DNA from: Vicugna vicugna
Lineage: Eukaryota
Length of the DNA: 64,000 nucleotides
NCBI GenBank assembly: GCA_013265495.1
Contig: MU058198.1
Span: forward strand, 6,525,779-6,589,778
Direction of reading: 5' to 3'
Position 1 is the stretch's first letter. Every line of letters begins with the position of its first letter. The position numbers and the translations under genes were made by a program. Positions 36,311-50,266 of the stretch are shown here, piece by piece. The notes under the pieces are model-generated. The model saw only the letters and a program-made list of their open reading frames with translations, made no database searches and was not told where the DNA came from.

Positions 36311-39300
36311 GTGGGAGTGAGTGAGTGCTGAGGGCGGTCAAGCACCCTCATTAATGTCAGGTTGATTCCAGAGTTACTTTATGCAAACACAAGCAAATGA
36401 GGAACCTATTCTTGTTTTCTCGCACTTCAAAGTAACATACTAAACAAAGTGATACAGAGGCCCTGAGAGGGCAAGGGAGCTGGTGGCAGCTGCTGTGTTC
36501 CACCAAGAAGCAACTCCTTCATGGCTGGAGGACGCCAGTGGCACACCCTCTTGGAGACAAAAACACTCCACAGAAATCCCAAATGTATTCACCCTTTAAC
36601 CTGGCAGCCCATTTCTAGAATTGATCATAGACACACTTGCACACTGCAACTGACTTATCTGCAAGGCTACTCATTGTTTGTGGCAGCAAAGGTTGAATAC
36701 ACCCAACACCTGTAAGGTGGTTAAATAAATGGCAGTCCATATATCCATACATACCTTTCCATCCCTGGGGGTCTGGGTTTTGTTTGTCAGCAGTTCCTCC
36801 ATCCTGCTGCCCGGCCTCCTTGCGCTTCCCCTAGCCTTGCACTTAGTGCTGGGCTGGCCTGGGTGCTGTCCACTCCCATGGTGCTGAAGACAACGGAGCT
36901 GGAGGGAGGTCTGAGGTGCAAACCAGAGACCAAGAGTAGAAAAAGGGAGCCAAAGCAGGAGATGTTCAAGTTTCAGTCCCTGGCTCTGCTTCTTACCAGC
37001 TGAGAGACCTCCGGCAAATTGCTTAACCCCTATGAACCTCAGCATCCTTATATGTAAAATGGGATTGCCATGAAGATTGAGTGACAGCAGTAATGTAAAG
37101 CGTTGGCAATTGAGAAAATAAATCATAATTTTAACTTTATCATTTTAGAGCCAGTAAAGCATAGTGGTTAAGCTTTTGGATGCTGCAGAGAGAATGCCTG
37201 GATTGGAATCCTGGCTCTACCACTTGATGGATGGTCTTGATCAAGTGACATGACTGCTCTGTGCCTCAGTTTTCTTGTCTGTAAATTGGAGTAAATAATG
37301 GTCCCCATCTCATAGAATGTTGTGAGGATTAGATGAGTTAATTTATGTGAGGGACTTGGGCACATGACAGGGTTCCTTAAGTGTCAGCTATTATTATAAC
37401 TTCCCTCTCCATTATCATCATTCTTATCATAGCACTCCAGCCTCTGTGTTCACAGGGGCCAGTGTCACTCACAGCCACTCCCATCTCTGCTGTGCTTGGG
37501 GCTGGGGCTGTTAGAGGGAGACAGCACCTTGCCCCTGGCTTCTAGCCCAGCCCTGACACTGACTTTATATGTGATTTCTAGCAAATCAGTTTCTTGACCG
37601 TCAGTCTCTGCATCTGTAAAATGGGGCTAATGATATCTCACGCAGGCCCCTGGGAAAATAGCTATGTGCCTGCAGGGTCACATTCAGGAAAGCCAAGATA
37701 TAAAAAGTTACAGCTTCCCAAACACGTAAAGAATTATTCACCCAGTATTTGTCACATCCTGGTTAAGTGCTCAGAATAGCAAGAAGATTAAGGCATGGGC
37801 CTTGCTTTCAAGGAGCTCTTGGGTTTCTTGCTAGATTGTTAATCCCCTTCAAGGCCCATTCGGGTGTCACCTCCTCCAGGAAGACACCTCGATCCCCACT
37901 GCCAGTGCCTTTCTTGGAAATGTTGGAGCGTTGATCATGGCCTCCCTGGTATCATGATTATCTGAGTCCTTATTTTATTTGCCTCCTTGATTTGTAGGCT
38001 CATAACATCTATCTCATACCCTCAATCTGACTTACCCTCTGCCAGCACCCAGCATGGTGCCTGGGCTTTAGTAGATATGCTTGTCTGGAGTCTTTAGGCT
38101 GTAAGTTACATAAATTCAACTCAACCTGGCTTAAGCCAAAAAGGAAATGTATTGATTCATGAAACAAACATTCAGGAGTATAAATTGCTTTGGGCGTGTT
38201 TGGAGCCAGGTGCTCAGGGTCATCAGAAATCTCTCCCTCTTCCAGCTCTGCCTATCTCTTTGTTGCTTCATTCTCGGGCTCTCCCCACCCCACCCCCGAT
38301 GGTGGCTGAGCCAGTCCCCAGCAGCTCCAGGCTGTTCCAGTTTCCAGATAACTTCAGCAAAAAGTCCTAAGGCAAGATCTCAGTGAGTCACTTTTGGTCA
38401 TGTGTTCATCTCTGAACCAGTCATGGTGACGTGGCAGATGGGATGGATCCCCTGGTTGACTGGCCGTGGGTCAGGCCTGCCCTTAAAGCCTGGTTGGAGA
38501 CAGCCCTACTGAACCACACGGACCGAGGGAGGGAGGGACCATTCCCCAAAGAAAGGGAAACTGATGCTGGGTAGGAAGAAACACCACAAGCCGATACAAG
38601 AAACCACCGAAAACATGGGAGCAAGGCAAGGATCGGGTCAAATCTGGTCTTGAGACATTTTATCTGACCACATGGATGGGGAGGATAGGAGGGGAGAAAC
38701 CTAGAGGCAGGCAAGGCGAGCATGTGGGGGTGTGGGGAGCTGGCTCAGCCACACAGGCTGAGAGAATGAAGCTTTAGTCCTTCACATGACATAGAAGCAA
38801 AGTGAAGCGAGTGAGAGAGGCTGGAGGGATTCCCTGTCCCCACTCAGTACCTGAAATTCCACCTTGTGGCTGCTTTTACCCAGGACTTTTAATAATAGTA
38901 TAGATCCAGAGAGGTGACCCACCCACGCATAGTCACTGTTTAATGGCATCCTTCCAGGCCAGGGCTTTGTTAAGGATACCCTTGGGGTTTACCTGTGCTC
39001 GGGGCATAGCATGGGTCCAGGGACCTGAGGGAGGGGACCCAAGCATGGGGACAGAGAATCTTAGAATCCCAGAGTGAGAGTAAGAAAGGCCTGGCTGACT
39101 TGGTCCAGCCTCAGCCCCCACTGATTCCCCAACAGATGGGCTTCCAGTATCTGCGTCTCTGCTCCCAGCGACAGAGAACATACTTCCTCCCTGCTGTGAG
39201 ACTGTGAGACCGTGAGAACTGTCTCACTTTTGAGTTGCTATCTGCCTGGGTCTGCCGTCAGGAGCCTCACAGTACACAGTGCATAGAGCATGTGATCTAA

Positions 39301-39714
39301 ATCCTGATAGCCTGATTTCAGATTCCACTCTGCTGATTATTACTTGGGCAAGTTACTTAGCCCATCTGTGCCTCAGTATCCCTTTCTGTAAAATGGGGAT
39401 AATAATAGAAGCACCCACTTCCTAGACTTGTGATTGTTAAGTGATTTAATCCAGTGTTAACACACCACATGGCATATGGTAAACACTCTATAAATATTTG
39501 CCAGTGTTATTATTCTCTGGCAAGACAGGATAAGAGCAGGTTCCCTTCTCTTTACAGGCGGTCACCCTCCACCTACTCCTGCAACTGTGTTCTTATTGCT
39601 TGATTGCCAGTGTTGTCACCATCCAGGTTACCTACTCTGGCCACATTCCTGGCAGTTGGACACACTGAGGTTCAGATCTTGGCTCTTTTGCATACTTGCT
39701 ACATAAGCCTTAAA

Positions 39715-40160
39715 TTAGGGTAGTGTTAGCTGCTGTGACAGATAAGCCCCATATATCTCAGCAGCCTAACTAAACAGACGTTTACCTCTGGCTCACAAAA
39801 TGCAGAGCGGATGACCCTCATCAGCAGGAGGCGTCCCACACGCAGGGGACCCAGACTCCTTTTGTCTTGTAGCTCGCCCACCACCTTTTAGAGTCTTGAA
39901 GTCCTCTGCCTCAGGCCAGCACACGGAAGAGAGAATAGAGAAACTTCAGCCATTCTTAAAAGCCCCAGCCTAGAAGTGACACACCTCATTTCTGTTCATA
40001 CGCCACTGGGGAAAACCAGTCCCAGGTGGTCACACAGGTGACCACAGCTGGATACAAGGAAGGGGAGAAATGTACTTCCCTGCTGACAGCCACTGTCCAA
40101 AACAGCTCTGTATCGTAGAAGTGGGAACGCAAAGTTTTGAAGAGCAGTTGCCCTCTGTAA
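39715..40160. mobile_element. Old MaLR LTR (MLT1J/K-like); similar relics at ~7310-7840, 20570-21060, 38080-38600 and 54350-54720
   Basis: TTAGCTGCTGTGACAGATAAGCCCCA..ATCTCAG..., CAGGGGACCCAGACTCCTT, GCCTAGAAGTGACACAC motifs. Confidence 0.55.
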
Positions 40161-43100
40161 CCAAAGGAAGTCGTCAACCTCTTGAGCCTCTGCTCTTCAT
40201 CCATAAAGTGAAAGCATCACTTGATTGCGGCAGTGGTTGCACAGCTCTGTACATTTACTAAAATCAATGAGTTGTACACTTGCTGTGGGGGCATTTTGTG
40301 ATATGCAAGTTATATGTCACTTCAACTGTTTTTTAAAAATGGAAAGCATCTTGCCCCCTTCTCAAGGTACTTATGAAGACTCAGTGAGTGAAATTTTGCC
40401 GGGCTGGCACTGTGTGTGTGTATGTGTGTGTGGTGGGGAAGGGGGTCCCAAAGTAGGCCTGAGTTGAGTTACCAATTGGGTGTAGCTTTCATGAAAGTGA
40501 CACCCAGCTCGAGCCACCTGCGAACAGGAAGTGGTTCGGTCTTGCTTCTTGCTTGAGAAACTCTTCCCTTCCCCCCACCGTAGCCCTCCCAGCATGCGAC
40601 GGAAGACCCAGCCCACAGGGCCAGAGCCTTGTGGTCAGAGCATGACCGCTGCCATGAAGACTGTGTGACACCCTCCCGCCTTCAGCACCACAGATGGGGG
40701 CTCGAGGGCCTCTCTCAGGGACAGTGAGGACATGCACTTGAGGCAGCACAGTCAGCTCAAGTGTGCACAGATGCAGCTCCAACTATACAGGGTGAATGGA
40801 GGTCAGCCAGGGGCCTCCACTGCCTGGTGCTGGGAAGTTCACGGTCATCTAGTCCACAGCTGCTCCTCCAAGTGGAAGCAGTGACAACAATGAGAGTAAA
40901 ATACTTTTAGATCAAGTTCCCCCTGACACCAAACCTCTGTGCCTTCAAGCACTCGGTGAAGCTGACATGTTTCACTTTGCTCTGTGGGCTCAAGTCCCCG
41001 CCTGAAAAAAGGATCTGGTGCACTTGCCACGGGGACTGTTGTGACACCCCTGGACCAGTGCCTGGTACCCAGTCAGCTCCCCACAGGAGCTCCGAGAATG
41101 CGCGCAAATCCCTGGCCAAGGCGCTGCCCTCTCTGGGCCTCAGTCTCCCCACTCGGGTACTGAGGGATCTGGATGTGATGTTACCACATCGTGGCGAGGG
41201 AAAAAATAGTGGTTAAAAGCACCAACTTTGGAGCCAGTGCCAGCACTAGCTAGATGACCTTGGACAAGTTATTTAGTCTCTCTGTGCCTCATTCTCGTCA
41301 CCCCTAAGATGGGGATAATAGTAATACGTTGTGGTATTATTATCCACTGATGGAACTGTGAAAATGAGATGAGTTCGTCCTCAGAACAGGGCCTGGCACG
41401 TAGTGAACACTATTTAGCGTTGGCCTCTGCTGTTATTATTGCTGCTGTTGTTATTATTCATCTTATGGATGTGAAAGCTGAGGCCCAGAGAGGTGATGTG
41501 ACTTACTCAAGGTCACCCAGCTAAAAAGTGGCACACGATAGGATCAAGGCCAAGCCCACTGAGCCTCAAGGCCCGTACCATTTCTGTCACTCCCCACTGC
41601 GCCTCTTAAGTCACGTGCCTCGTAACTGGGTCAGAGGCAGGGTGTACCTGGGGGGATGACACAGCAGCAGGGACGGTGTGCTGGTTAGTTCCTTATCTCC
41701 TGCTGACACCTTGCAGAGAACAGACCTGATGGGAGAGGGAAGTTGAACGAGTGAGGGGGCTATACGGAGGACCCCCAGACTGGACCCTAGGAAACAAGGA
41801 AAGAGATGATAGAGAGTTGAATTGGATGTAGCACCTGCCTCCGTGGTGCTTTTGGCCCATTGATGGGGACAGACAGGGACACAGCTGAGACCACCCAAGA
41901 TATTCAACAGGGGACCTGAGAGATAGACATATAGATGCTCTCTGAATCCTGGGGCCCCTCAGAGACAGGAATTGGCACCTAGGGCAGCAGGGAAGTCTTC
42001 CTGGAGGAGTGGGACCTGAGCATAAGATACAGGAGATGGGGTGTGGGGCAGGGGGCAGTGGAAGCAGGAAGCGGGAATGGTGGAGGGCACTGGAGAAGGG
42101 CATTAGAGCTGAAGGTAGGCAGTGCTGGGCAGCAGTCAGAGCGTGGGCTGAGCCTGGGAGGAGCTGATGTGCCCCTAACCCAGCCCAGTGCCTGCCCAGG
42201 GCAACTCTGAGGCCAAAGCAGCAGAGACCAGCCAGGCACCCAGCAGTCCCTGGGGGAGTGAGGGGGACAGGGAAGAAGGGCTTCTAGCAACTTGCAGCTG
42301 CCAGTCAAGCTCCCAAGAGATGCAGCAAACAGCCCGAAGTGACCTGACAGGGCCAGAACCCAAAGTGGGAGCATTGCCACACGTGTGCGCACATGTGCCT
42401 GCACACACGTGGCCTGCCCGCCTCAGCAGCCCTTGGGGATTCCACACACATCGGGAGAAGTAGGTCAGCAGAGCAGCCCAGCGTCTTTTCCTGGTGGGCA
42501 GGGGGCAGAGTTCAAGGCAAAGAGGGTGTGTGCTCATCAGCACCCCTGGGGGTGGCCCCACATTCTCCGCAGGAATGGCCTTACCTGTCCCAGTGGCCCC
42601 AGAGCAGGTGGCCTGGGTTTTTTCATTCAGGGGTTGGAGAGCTGGCCCTTCCAGCCCTGCAGCCAGAGAAAGACTATCATGGGGAGATACCACCCCACTT
42701 CAGCCCTGTAGCAGGAGGGGCCCAGTGCTGTCCAGGCCGGAGCTGAGGTTGCACAGACTTGGGATGGTGCCAGGCAAGGTTGGCTTCAACACACTGACAG
42801 TTGCAGAGGAAACGGGACCAGGTGTTGGGGATCTGGCACCATCCCTCCGTCTAAGGGTCTGTCTGAGGGCATCATGTGGGATTTCAGCTCATTCATGAAT
42901 GGTGGGGAGCGGGGGCCGGACGGGGAACAGGATCCTGAGGAAGCAGAAGGGGGCGGGAGCCCAAGCGGAGGAGGAGAGGACGGCTCTCCGCTCCCCTAGT
43001 CAGCCAGCTGGGAGGACGTGCAGATGGAGCTCCGTTTGGGGCTGGGTGGGAGGCCAGGAAGTTCCCTCCTGATGTTCCTTCTCTCCGTGTGAAGTGGGAG

Positions 43101-44584
43101 GCTGGGTCGTGCAGAGAGGGAAGAGGAAGGCAGAGGGAGGAGAAGAGGGTTTGGGCCTGGAAGGGGAGCAGCCAGACCAGGGTGAAGATGCCAGGCTCAC
43201 CCCTGCCCATGGCCTCCAGCCGTGCTCAGCAAGAGAGGGTGAGAACACATCCACACTCAACACTTCGGGAGGGGGAGTTCACTGTACCAGGCACCAAGGC
43301 TCCATGCTGTTGACCCTTAGGGAAAGGATACTATTACATCCTTTTTATAAAATGGGGAAACTGAGGCACAAAGACATGAAGTAACTCGCACGAGGACATC
43401 TAGCTAGTGAGTCAGAACTGGGATTCAAACTTGGGCAGGGTAGGACTGGGGGCAAAGGGAGTGAGGGCAGAGGAGCTGCACCAGGAGGCAGTGCCCCAGG
43501 GTAAGCCTAGAGAGGGTTCGGCGCTGGCCTCTGCTGCTGGCGCGCACACAGACATGGACACACGGACACCTGCTCCTGGAGGCTCAGCTCCCTGGCCTAA
43601 GCCTCCCCCCATTAAACAGACAAGAAGAGCAGGCCCCAGATGGATGCTCACTGTCACCCAGCCCTGAGCTCTCCCTACAGCAGCTCTCTGCACCCCCAGC
43701 ACCAACTGGAGACAAAGTCAGTACCCCTGAGGGGGTGACCAGTGCGGGTGGACACTGAAGGGGTCAGTCAGGCCGTGAAGGTGGAGGGTGAGGGTGGTAG
43801 AGGGCTGGGTCTTTGTGGAACAGGTGTTCTGTCCTTGAGTCCAGGGGGGCTGGGCAGGACCCTGGGACCGCAGCTGCAGTTGTGTGTAGCTGAGCTGGGG
43901 TTGTGTTGTCTGTGATTGGGGGAGGGATTATAAGGCTGTGGTGGGTGTGCGGCCACACCTGCACCGCCCTGCCAGAGGCTGAGGCTCCTGTCTGAGGCTC
44001 CTGTGGCTGAGGTGTTTGATCCTGTGACCCCTGCCCTCAGACCGCACCTGCCCCACCTCTGCCTTATTTTCTCTACAGCCCACGTCACCTTTAATCACAG
44101 TATATCATTCATGCGTTCACTGTATATTGTCCATTTCCACCCTAGAACCTAAGTCCTGTTGAGGGCCGGAGTCTGATCTGTGTGTTCGGTGCTGTGTACC
44201 CAGGGCTCCAAACAGCACCTGGCAAACGGCAGGTGCTGATCAATACTTGTGAATGGGAGCACTCATGTGAACTCATGTGTGTCTGTGTGTGAAATAAATA
44301 CGTGTGCCTTCTCTGGCATTGTGTCTGGATAATAGCATGAGACAGACCAACGGTTCCCAAGTAGGGGCTGGGGAGCAGTGACTGTGTCTCCAGGGAGTGC
44401 TGGCTCAAGGCTGTCCCTGAAGCTTTTGGGTAAAGGTGATGCAGTGAAGATGCTTTTCGCCCCCTCGTGGTCATCTTAGGCCAGGCATCGGGCCCAGCCC
44501 TGGGGATCCTGGGCCCTGGGGAGGGAGGAGAGGGCCCTGGCCTGATGTCACACTCCATGCCACACCCCCCACACCAGGGAGAAG

Positions 44585-44810
44585 ATGAGCGTGGGCTGCC
44601 CAGAGCCCGAGCCACCCCACTCCCTGCCCTGCTGTGGGCCAGGGACCACCCCTGGGCTGGGTGCAGGCGTGCCCCTCCTCACTGAAGACATGCAGGCACT
44701 GACCCTCCGCACACTGGCTGCGAGTGACGTCACCAAGCACTATGAACTCGTCCGGGAGCTGGGCAAGGGCACCTATGGGAAAGTTGATCTGGTAGCCTAC
44801 AAGGGCACAG
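44585..44810 (+). CDS. SBK1: SBK1 first coding exon (exon starts at 44578, 7 nt before the ATG); N-terminus and kinase Gly-rich loop
   Basis: Translates [20 protein letters not shown]...[23 protein letters not shown] (GxGxYG loop). Acceptor cacaccAG|G at 44576-44577, donor CAG|GTGAGT at 44811. 226 coding nt, phase 1. Confidence 0.96.
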
Positions 44811-46178
44811 GTGAGTGTCTGTGGGTAGCCAGTTCTAAGACAGGAGTGGGGACTTGGCTGGGGCTTTCTACAGGGGCCAGGAGGCCATCAGGGAGGCAGA
44901 GTTAGTGGACCGGATGGAGAACATGTAGTCTGAAGTGGCCCAGGGAAGAGGGAATCAGGCAGATGGAACAGGGCGAAATCTCTGGGCAGAGGATCTAGAC
45001 TGGAGGGTGGGCTACTTTGGGGCCACATAAGTGCCTTTGGGAGAGCCAAGGGGATGCACCCAGGGACATGTGAAGCTCAGGGGAGAAGTCAGTGCTGGCC
45101 GTGGTGTCTGGGGAATCACCAGCATATCAGTGATAGCTGCCATCAGGGAGGTGGTCTGAGCTGACAGGGGGTCCTCGGGAAGAAGGCACCATACTTACAA
45201 TGGGGTGGGAGGTGACCTGTGAGGTCAGTGTGGCCACCTCCATTTCTCAGGTCATTGAGGACGCTGACACCCAAAGAGATTCAGTCACTCAGCCAAGGTC
45301 ATGCAGCTACAGAGGGTGTGAGCTAGAATGACCCCAGGGGTCAGCTCCAGAGCCTTCTCACTTAGCCACTGAACTTGATGCCTCCCTCACAGGAGTGCCA
45401 ACTCAGCCAGCCAGGGATGGGGGCAGCATGAGCGCCCATGGCTGCACACAGTGGGGGCAGGGGGCAGTGGGAGTTAACACTGGACATGGGGTCACCTGAG
45501 CTTTGCCACTTGCTAGCTGTGTGACCTTGGGCAAGTGACTTAACTTCTCTATGCCTAGGTTTCCTCCTTTGTAAAAAAGGTAGCATTAATGCCCAGCTGA
45601 TAGGGTCATTATGAGGAGTGAGTTGTGAATGTGAAGGGCAGAAGGCGGGGACCATGGTGCATAAGTGTGGTACATAAGTGCACACATGCATCACACAGCC
45701 AGGAACCCACATGGGTACAGATGCCCACTCAAGCTCAGAGTCCAGGACATGTGCCCAGCAGACCCTCACCTCTCCGAGCCTAGTTCCTTCTTATTCATTC
45801 ATCCATTTAACAAACATTTCTTGAGCACCTACTCTGTACCAGACTCTGCTGAAGGCACTGGAGATACAGCAACGAACAAGACAAAGGTTCCTGCGCTCAG
45901 GGAGCTGCCTCTAGCTGGGGGAGACAGACAAAATAAGCACACAGTATGTCAGGAAGAAAAGGGGAGGGTGGAGGGAACAACAGGCTCTCCTTACCACCCT
46001 CCTCATTCAGGACAGCGGGCTGGGTATAGAAGACCAGGTTGACCCCTCACTTGCTGCATGGCCTTTGACAAGTCCTTTTGTCTCTCTAGGCCTCAGCTGA
46101 GGACAGACAGACATGGGTATGTGAGGGGCAGGGGCGCAGGAAGGGGGGTCTTCACCACTGTCACTGTTGCCCCACCAG

Positions 46179-46381
46179 GCACGAAGATGGCACTGAAGTT
46201 TGTAAACAAGAGCAAAACCAAGCTGAAGAACTTCCTGCGGGAGGTGAGCATCACGAACAGCCTCTCCTCCAGCCCCTTCATTATCAAGGTCTTCGACGTG
46301 GTTTTTGAGACAGAGGACTGCTACGTCTTCGCCCAGGAGTACGCGCCCGCTGGGGACCTGTTCGATATCATTCCTCCTCAG
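46179..46381 (+). CDS. SBK1: SBK1 second coding exon (catalytic Lys, helix C, hinge)
   Basis: Translates (G)[67 protein letters not shown]. Acceptor ccaccAG at 46177-46178, donor CAG|GTACCT at 46382. 203 nt; cumulative 429 nt, phase 0. Confidence 0.96.
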
Positions 46382-47148
46382 GTACCTGGGTGGGGGCTGA
46401 GGGACAGGAGATGGTCGTCTGGGTCCCCAAAGTGTGAGAGCCTGGGAGGAGTCAGACCACTCGTTTAATCATTTATTGAGCACCTACTGTATGCCTGTCA
46501 CTCTTTGGAGGGTTGGGGATACACAGCAAACAAGAAAAGAGGTTCCTGCTCTGGTCCTAGTGGCAGAAACAGACACTTCACAATTAGCCGGATGACACAC
46601 TGAGATGAGGAGCAGCCTGAGTGATGGGACGAAGTTCAACAGCCCCCCTCCTCCACAGCTGCATAGGAACACGTGGGGACACAAGAGGAGAGGTGGCAGG
46701 GCCAGGAGAGGCTTCCCAGAGGAGGTGACTTGGAGTGGGCAGAATGCCGGGGGACTCCAGGCACCTGGCTTTACAGGGTCTGAATCTGCTCTGCCGACTA
46801 CTGGATAAGTGACAAGTCCTCTCAGAGCGTCAGAATAAGGGAAATGGGCAGATAGCAGCCCCAAGCAGAGCTGAGTCAGTGCGGGGCAGAGCGCTTAGCA
46901 CAGCACCTGGCCCATAACTATACCTATAGTTATTGGGGGAAAAGGGGGTGGCCACCAGCACGGGGGCGGGGAGGGAGAGATGGGGGTGCGGGGCCGCAGG
47001 AGGGAGGCGAATCCCAGATGGGGAAAGGGACCCGGGAGGGAGTCGTGGCGGTGGCGGCGGCGGCGGCGGCGACGGTGGCGGGAAGGGAAGGAGAGGGCTG
47101 GGGCAGGCCGGCGCCCCTGAGCGGCTGTCCCCGCCCCGCCGGCCGCAG

Positions 47149-47994
47149 GTGGGGCTCCCTGAGGACACGGTGAAGCGCTGCGTGCAGCAGCTGGGCCTGG
47201 CGCTGGACTTCATGCACGGGCGGCAGCTGGTGCACCGCGACATCAAGCCGGAGAACGTGCTGCTCTTCGACCGCGAGTGCCGCCGCGTGAAGCTGGCCGA
47301 CTTCGGCATGACGCGCCGCGTGGGCTGCCGCGTGAAGCGGGTCAGCGGCACCATCCCGTACACGGCGCCCGAGGTGTGCCAGGCGGGCCGTGCCGACGGC
47401 TTCGCGGTGGACACGGGCGTGGACGTGTGGGCCTTCGGCGTGCTCATCTTCTGCGTGCTCACCGGCAACTTCCCATGGGAGGCGGCGTCGGGCGCCGACG
47501 CCTTCTTCGAGGAGTTCGTGCGCTGGCAGCGGGGCCGCCTGCCGGGGCTGCCGTCGCAGTGGCGCCGCTTCACCGAGCCGGCGCTGCGCATGTTCCAGCG
47601 GCTCCTGGCGCTCGAGCCCGAGCGCCGCGGGCCCGCCAAGGAGGTCTTCCGCTTCCTCAAGCACGAGCTCACGTCCGAGCTGCGGCGCCGGCCCTCGCAC
47701 CGCGCGCGCAAGCCCGCCGGGGACCGCCCGCCGGCCGCCGGGCCGCTGCGCCTCGAGGCGCCCGGGCCGCTCAAGCGGACGGTGCTGACCGAGAGCGGCA
47801 GCGGCTCCCGGCCCGCGCCCCCCGCCGTCGGGCCGGGCCCCGTCCCCGTCCCCGTGCCAGTCCCGGTCCCCGTGCCCGTGCCCGTGCCCGAGCCCGGCCT
47901 GGCCCCCCCGGGCCCCCCCGGCAGGACCGACGGCCGCCCGGACAAGAGTAAAGGGCAGGTGGTGCTGGCCACGGCCATCGAGATCTGCGTCTGA
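47149..47994 (+). CDS. SBK1: SBK1 last coding exon (C-lobe, PV-repeat tail, stop)
   Basis: Contains [20 protein letters not shown] and DVWAFG kinase motifs, a proline-rich (PV)8 tail, and ends [11 protein letters not shown]. Acceptor ccgcAG at 47147-47148. Total CDS 226+203+846=1275 nt = 424 aa. Confidence 0.97.
   Translation: MGLPEDTVKRCVQQLGLALDFMHGRQLVHRDIKPENVLLFDRECRRVKLADFGMTRRVGCRVKRVSGTIPYTAPEVCQAGRADGFAVDTGVDVWAFGVLIFCVLTGNFPWEAASGADAFFEEFVRWQRGRLPGLPSQWRRFTEPALRMFQRLLALEPERRGPAKEVFRFLKHELTSELRRRPSHRARKPAGDRPPAAGPLRLEAPGPLKRTVLTESGSGSRPAPPAVGPGPVPVPVPVPVPVPVPVPEPGLAPPGPPGRTDGRPDKSKGQVVLATAIEICV
47839..47886 (+). repeat. Coding hexamer repeat encoding (Pro-Val)8
   Basis: CCN-GTN units: ccc gtc ccc gtc ccc gtg cca gtc ccg gtc ccc gtg ccc gtg ccc gtg. 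Confidence 0.95.
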
Positions 47995-50232
47995 GCCGCC
48001 CCCGCCGCCCTCGGGCCCGGGCGCCGTGCAGCAGCCAGGCCGGGGCGCCGGGAGCCGCCCTGGGCCAAACCGGCCAGCCCCCGCGGCGGCAGGAGGGAGT
48101 AGCGGTAGATGAGGCAGGCGCCCGGTCCGCGGCGGGCTGGTGAGATCGCCACCAAAAGACCTCTTGCCCCGCCTGTGGGAGCCAAGCCCCGCAGACTGAG
48201 GATTCAGAGGCCCCCGACACCAGGAGCAAGGGAGCTTGCCGGCAGACTCCCCCACACCTCCCTAAACCCTGGAACCCTGACTAGTTGCTCCTGCCCTTTG
48301 CACCCCCTGGCACATCCTCCTGCGGTCCCACCCCTGCTCCTGCCCTCCCCCCAACCCACCCTGGGCACAGAAAGAGACTTAAGTATTTGGGCAGAGAAGG
48401 GGCTTCAGGCCCCTGGGTGCTGGCTGGGAGGAGGGCATGAGCTGAGGGCAGGGGTGTGGCTCAGCTGCGATTTGCCCCCTTCCTGGGAGGCTGGAGGCGA
48501 GGAACCAAGCCCCCTGCAAAATGTAGCAAATGTCTGGATGTTGCTGAAGCTTGTGTGTGTAGGCACAGGCCCCAAGGATCCAATGACTACCCCCTTTCTC
48601 AGTCCCCTGATGAGGACACTGAGCCCACAAAGAGGGAGGCCTGCTTCGTCCCCTTCCCCGTAGCCAGAGAGGTGGGGTTCTGGCAGCCTTCCCCCTCCCC
48701 CACAGGGATATCAAGACAACTGAAGGGCTCCCAGGGCGGGGGCCTCAACATCCCTAGGTCAGGGGAGTGAGCGCAGAGCCCAAGACCAGGCCCAACTCCA
48801 CCTGCTGCCTGTCCCTGCACCTTCCCCAGGTCCAGAGCTCCTCTCAGTCCCCGCAGCCTCAGTCCAGACTCAGTGCCCTGGGCTTCTGGCAGGCGGCAAG
48901 GTGATTTGTGCTGGGAATGTCTCCTGGGTTTCTCCTGGGGCCCAACATGTCCGCCTGGGGCTGACCCCATCCCATGTCCCCCAGGTTGCTAGTACTGGAG
49001 TGTGGGTGTGAGAATGGGGGGCCATGGAAGGAGGGGTGAATGTGCACAGGTGTGCACGTAGCCGTGTGTGTTCAGTGGCTGCATCCAGACACCTCAGTAA
49101 CTCTGCCCCAGGATTCCCACCAGGCAGCTGCCAGAGGGCATCCAGGCCTGCGTTTCAGCACACCCCTCAGGGAACCCGGCCAGGAGGCACCTGAAGGTTG
49201 GTTCAGGCCCCCAGGCAGCAAAACAGACCAGAGGAGCCCAGCCTCACCCAGTACTCCCTCGTGAGCCCCGCCCTCTCTTTGGAGGCCTGGGACCCCGCAA
49301 TAACCTCAACATGGGTGAGGCTGCTCCCTCTGCCTGCAGTGCCCCACCCACTGTCCCAGGCCACACCTTCCAGGGTCCCTCCTGGGGCTCTCGGCCATCT
49401 GAGGGGGCTCCCTAATGGGCCAGGCTGACCAGAGGGGACCCTCGGCCTGGTACCCCACCTCTCCACTCACCCTCATTCCCACCACGCAAAAGGGCTATAG
49501 GTCCCCCTGCCCTGCCCGGGTCCAGTTTACAAACAGTGTGCGGTTGCCCCAGGGCCTGGCCTCCCCCTCCTCAGTGTGCCCATCCCTCTTGAGACCCACT
49601 TCCCCGGCGGGCACTGGGGCCCTCCACATGCCAGGTAAGTAGCAAACCCCTCCTCCCACCAAGGGCCCAGTCTCAGAGAAGGCCCCCCCATCACTGCCCC
49701 TGGCCCACCTGGAGCCCATCCGGGCACCTCTCCCAGCCGCGACTTCTCCTTTTGCCTTAGGCCTCTCGACATCCTGTCTCCTGCAATAACAAGGAAGCGA
49801 GATTCCAAGTAGACGTCCCTCACGTGCGCCCTCTCTCTCTTTCTCTCTTTCTCTGTTAAGATCCTGTTTGGGAGTTTCTCCCTCGTCGTAGTATCTAGAA
49901 TATTAGAGTTGGGAAGGGACCTTAGTTCTGTAGCCCAGCCCCTGTTTTCAGAGGCACAGAGAGGGGGCAGTGACAGCCTGACGGGGAAGCAGGGCTGGAA
50001 CCAGGTCCGCACATTCGCCGTCAGGGCCTTGCTGCTGCCGCCACCCTCACCACCTGCTTCTCTGCTGGTTGGGTTGGGACCCTTTGCCCCTTAGGAGAGG
50101 TGTTGGTCACAGATGTTTACCTCAGTTTATGTCACTGTCAGAGAAAAAAATAAATAGCAAAAAAAAAAAAAAAAACACCGTAGACATGAAGACTTAGAAG
50201 ACAAAAAAAAAACCCTTACAATTCTTCTGTGA

Positions 50233-50234
<2 letters not shown>

Positions 50235-50266
<32 letters not shown>

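Larger units (their letters stand above)
46950..48150. promoter_or_regulatory. Intragenic CpG island over the end of the last intron and the last coding exon
   Basis: Near-saturating GC3 and CpG content that extends into the intron (GGC repeat ~47047-47070) and the start of the 3'UTR. Confidence 0.8.

Noticed and set aside
40681..40701. REST/NRSE-like TTCAGCACCACAGATGGGGGC
   Set aside because: Only the left half-site matches; the GGACAG right half is absent.
46830..48255. Long antisense ORFs (451 aa and 441 aa) and alternative-frame ORFs over the last SBK1 exon
   Set aside because: Expected shadows of an extremely GC3-rich coding exon; low-complexity translations, no domain, non-ATG starts.
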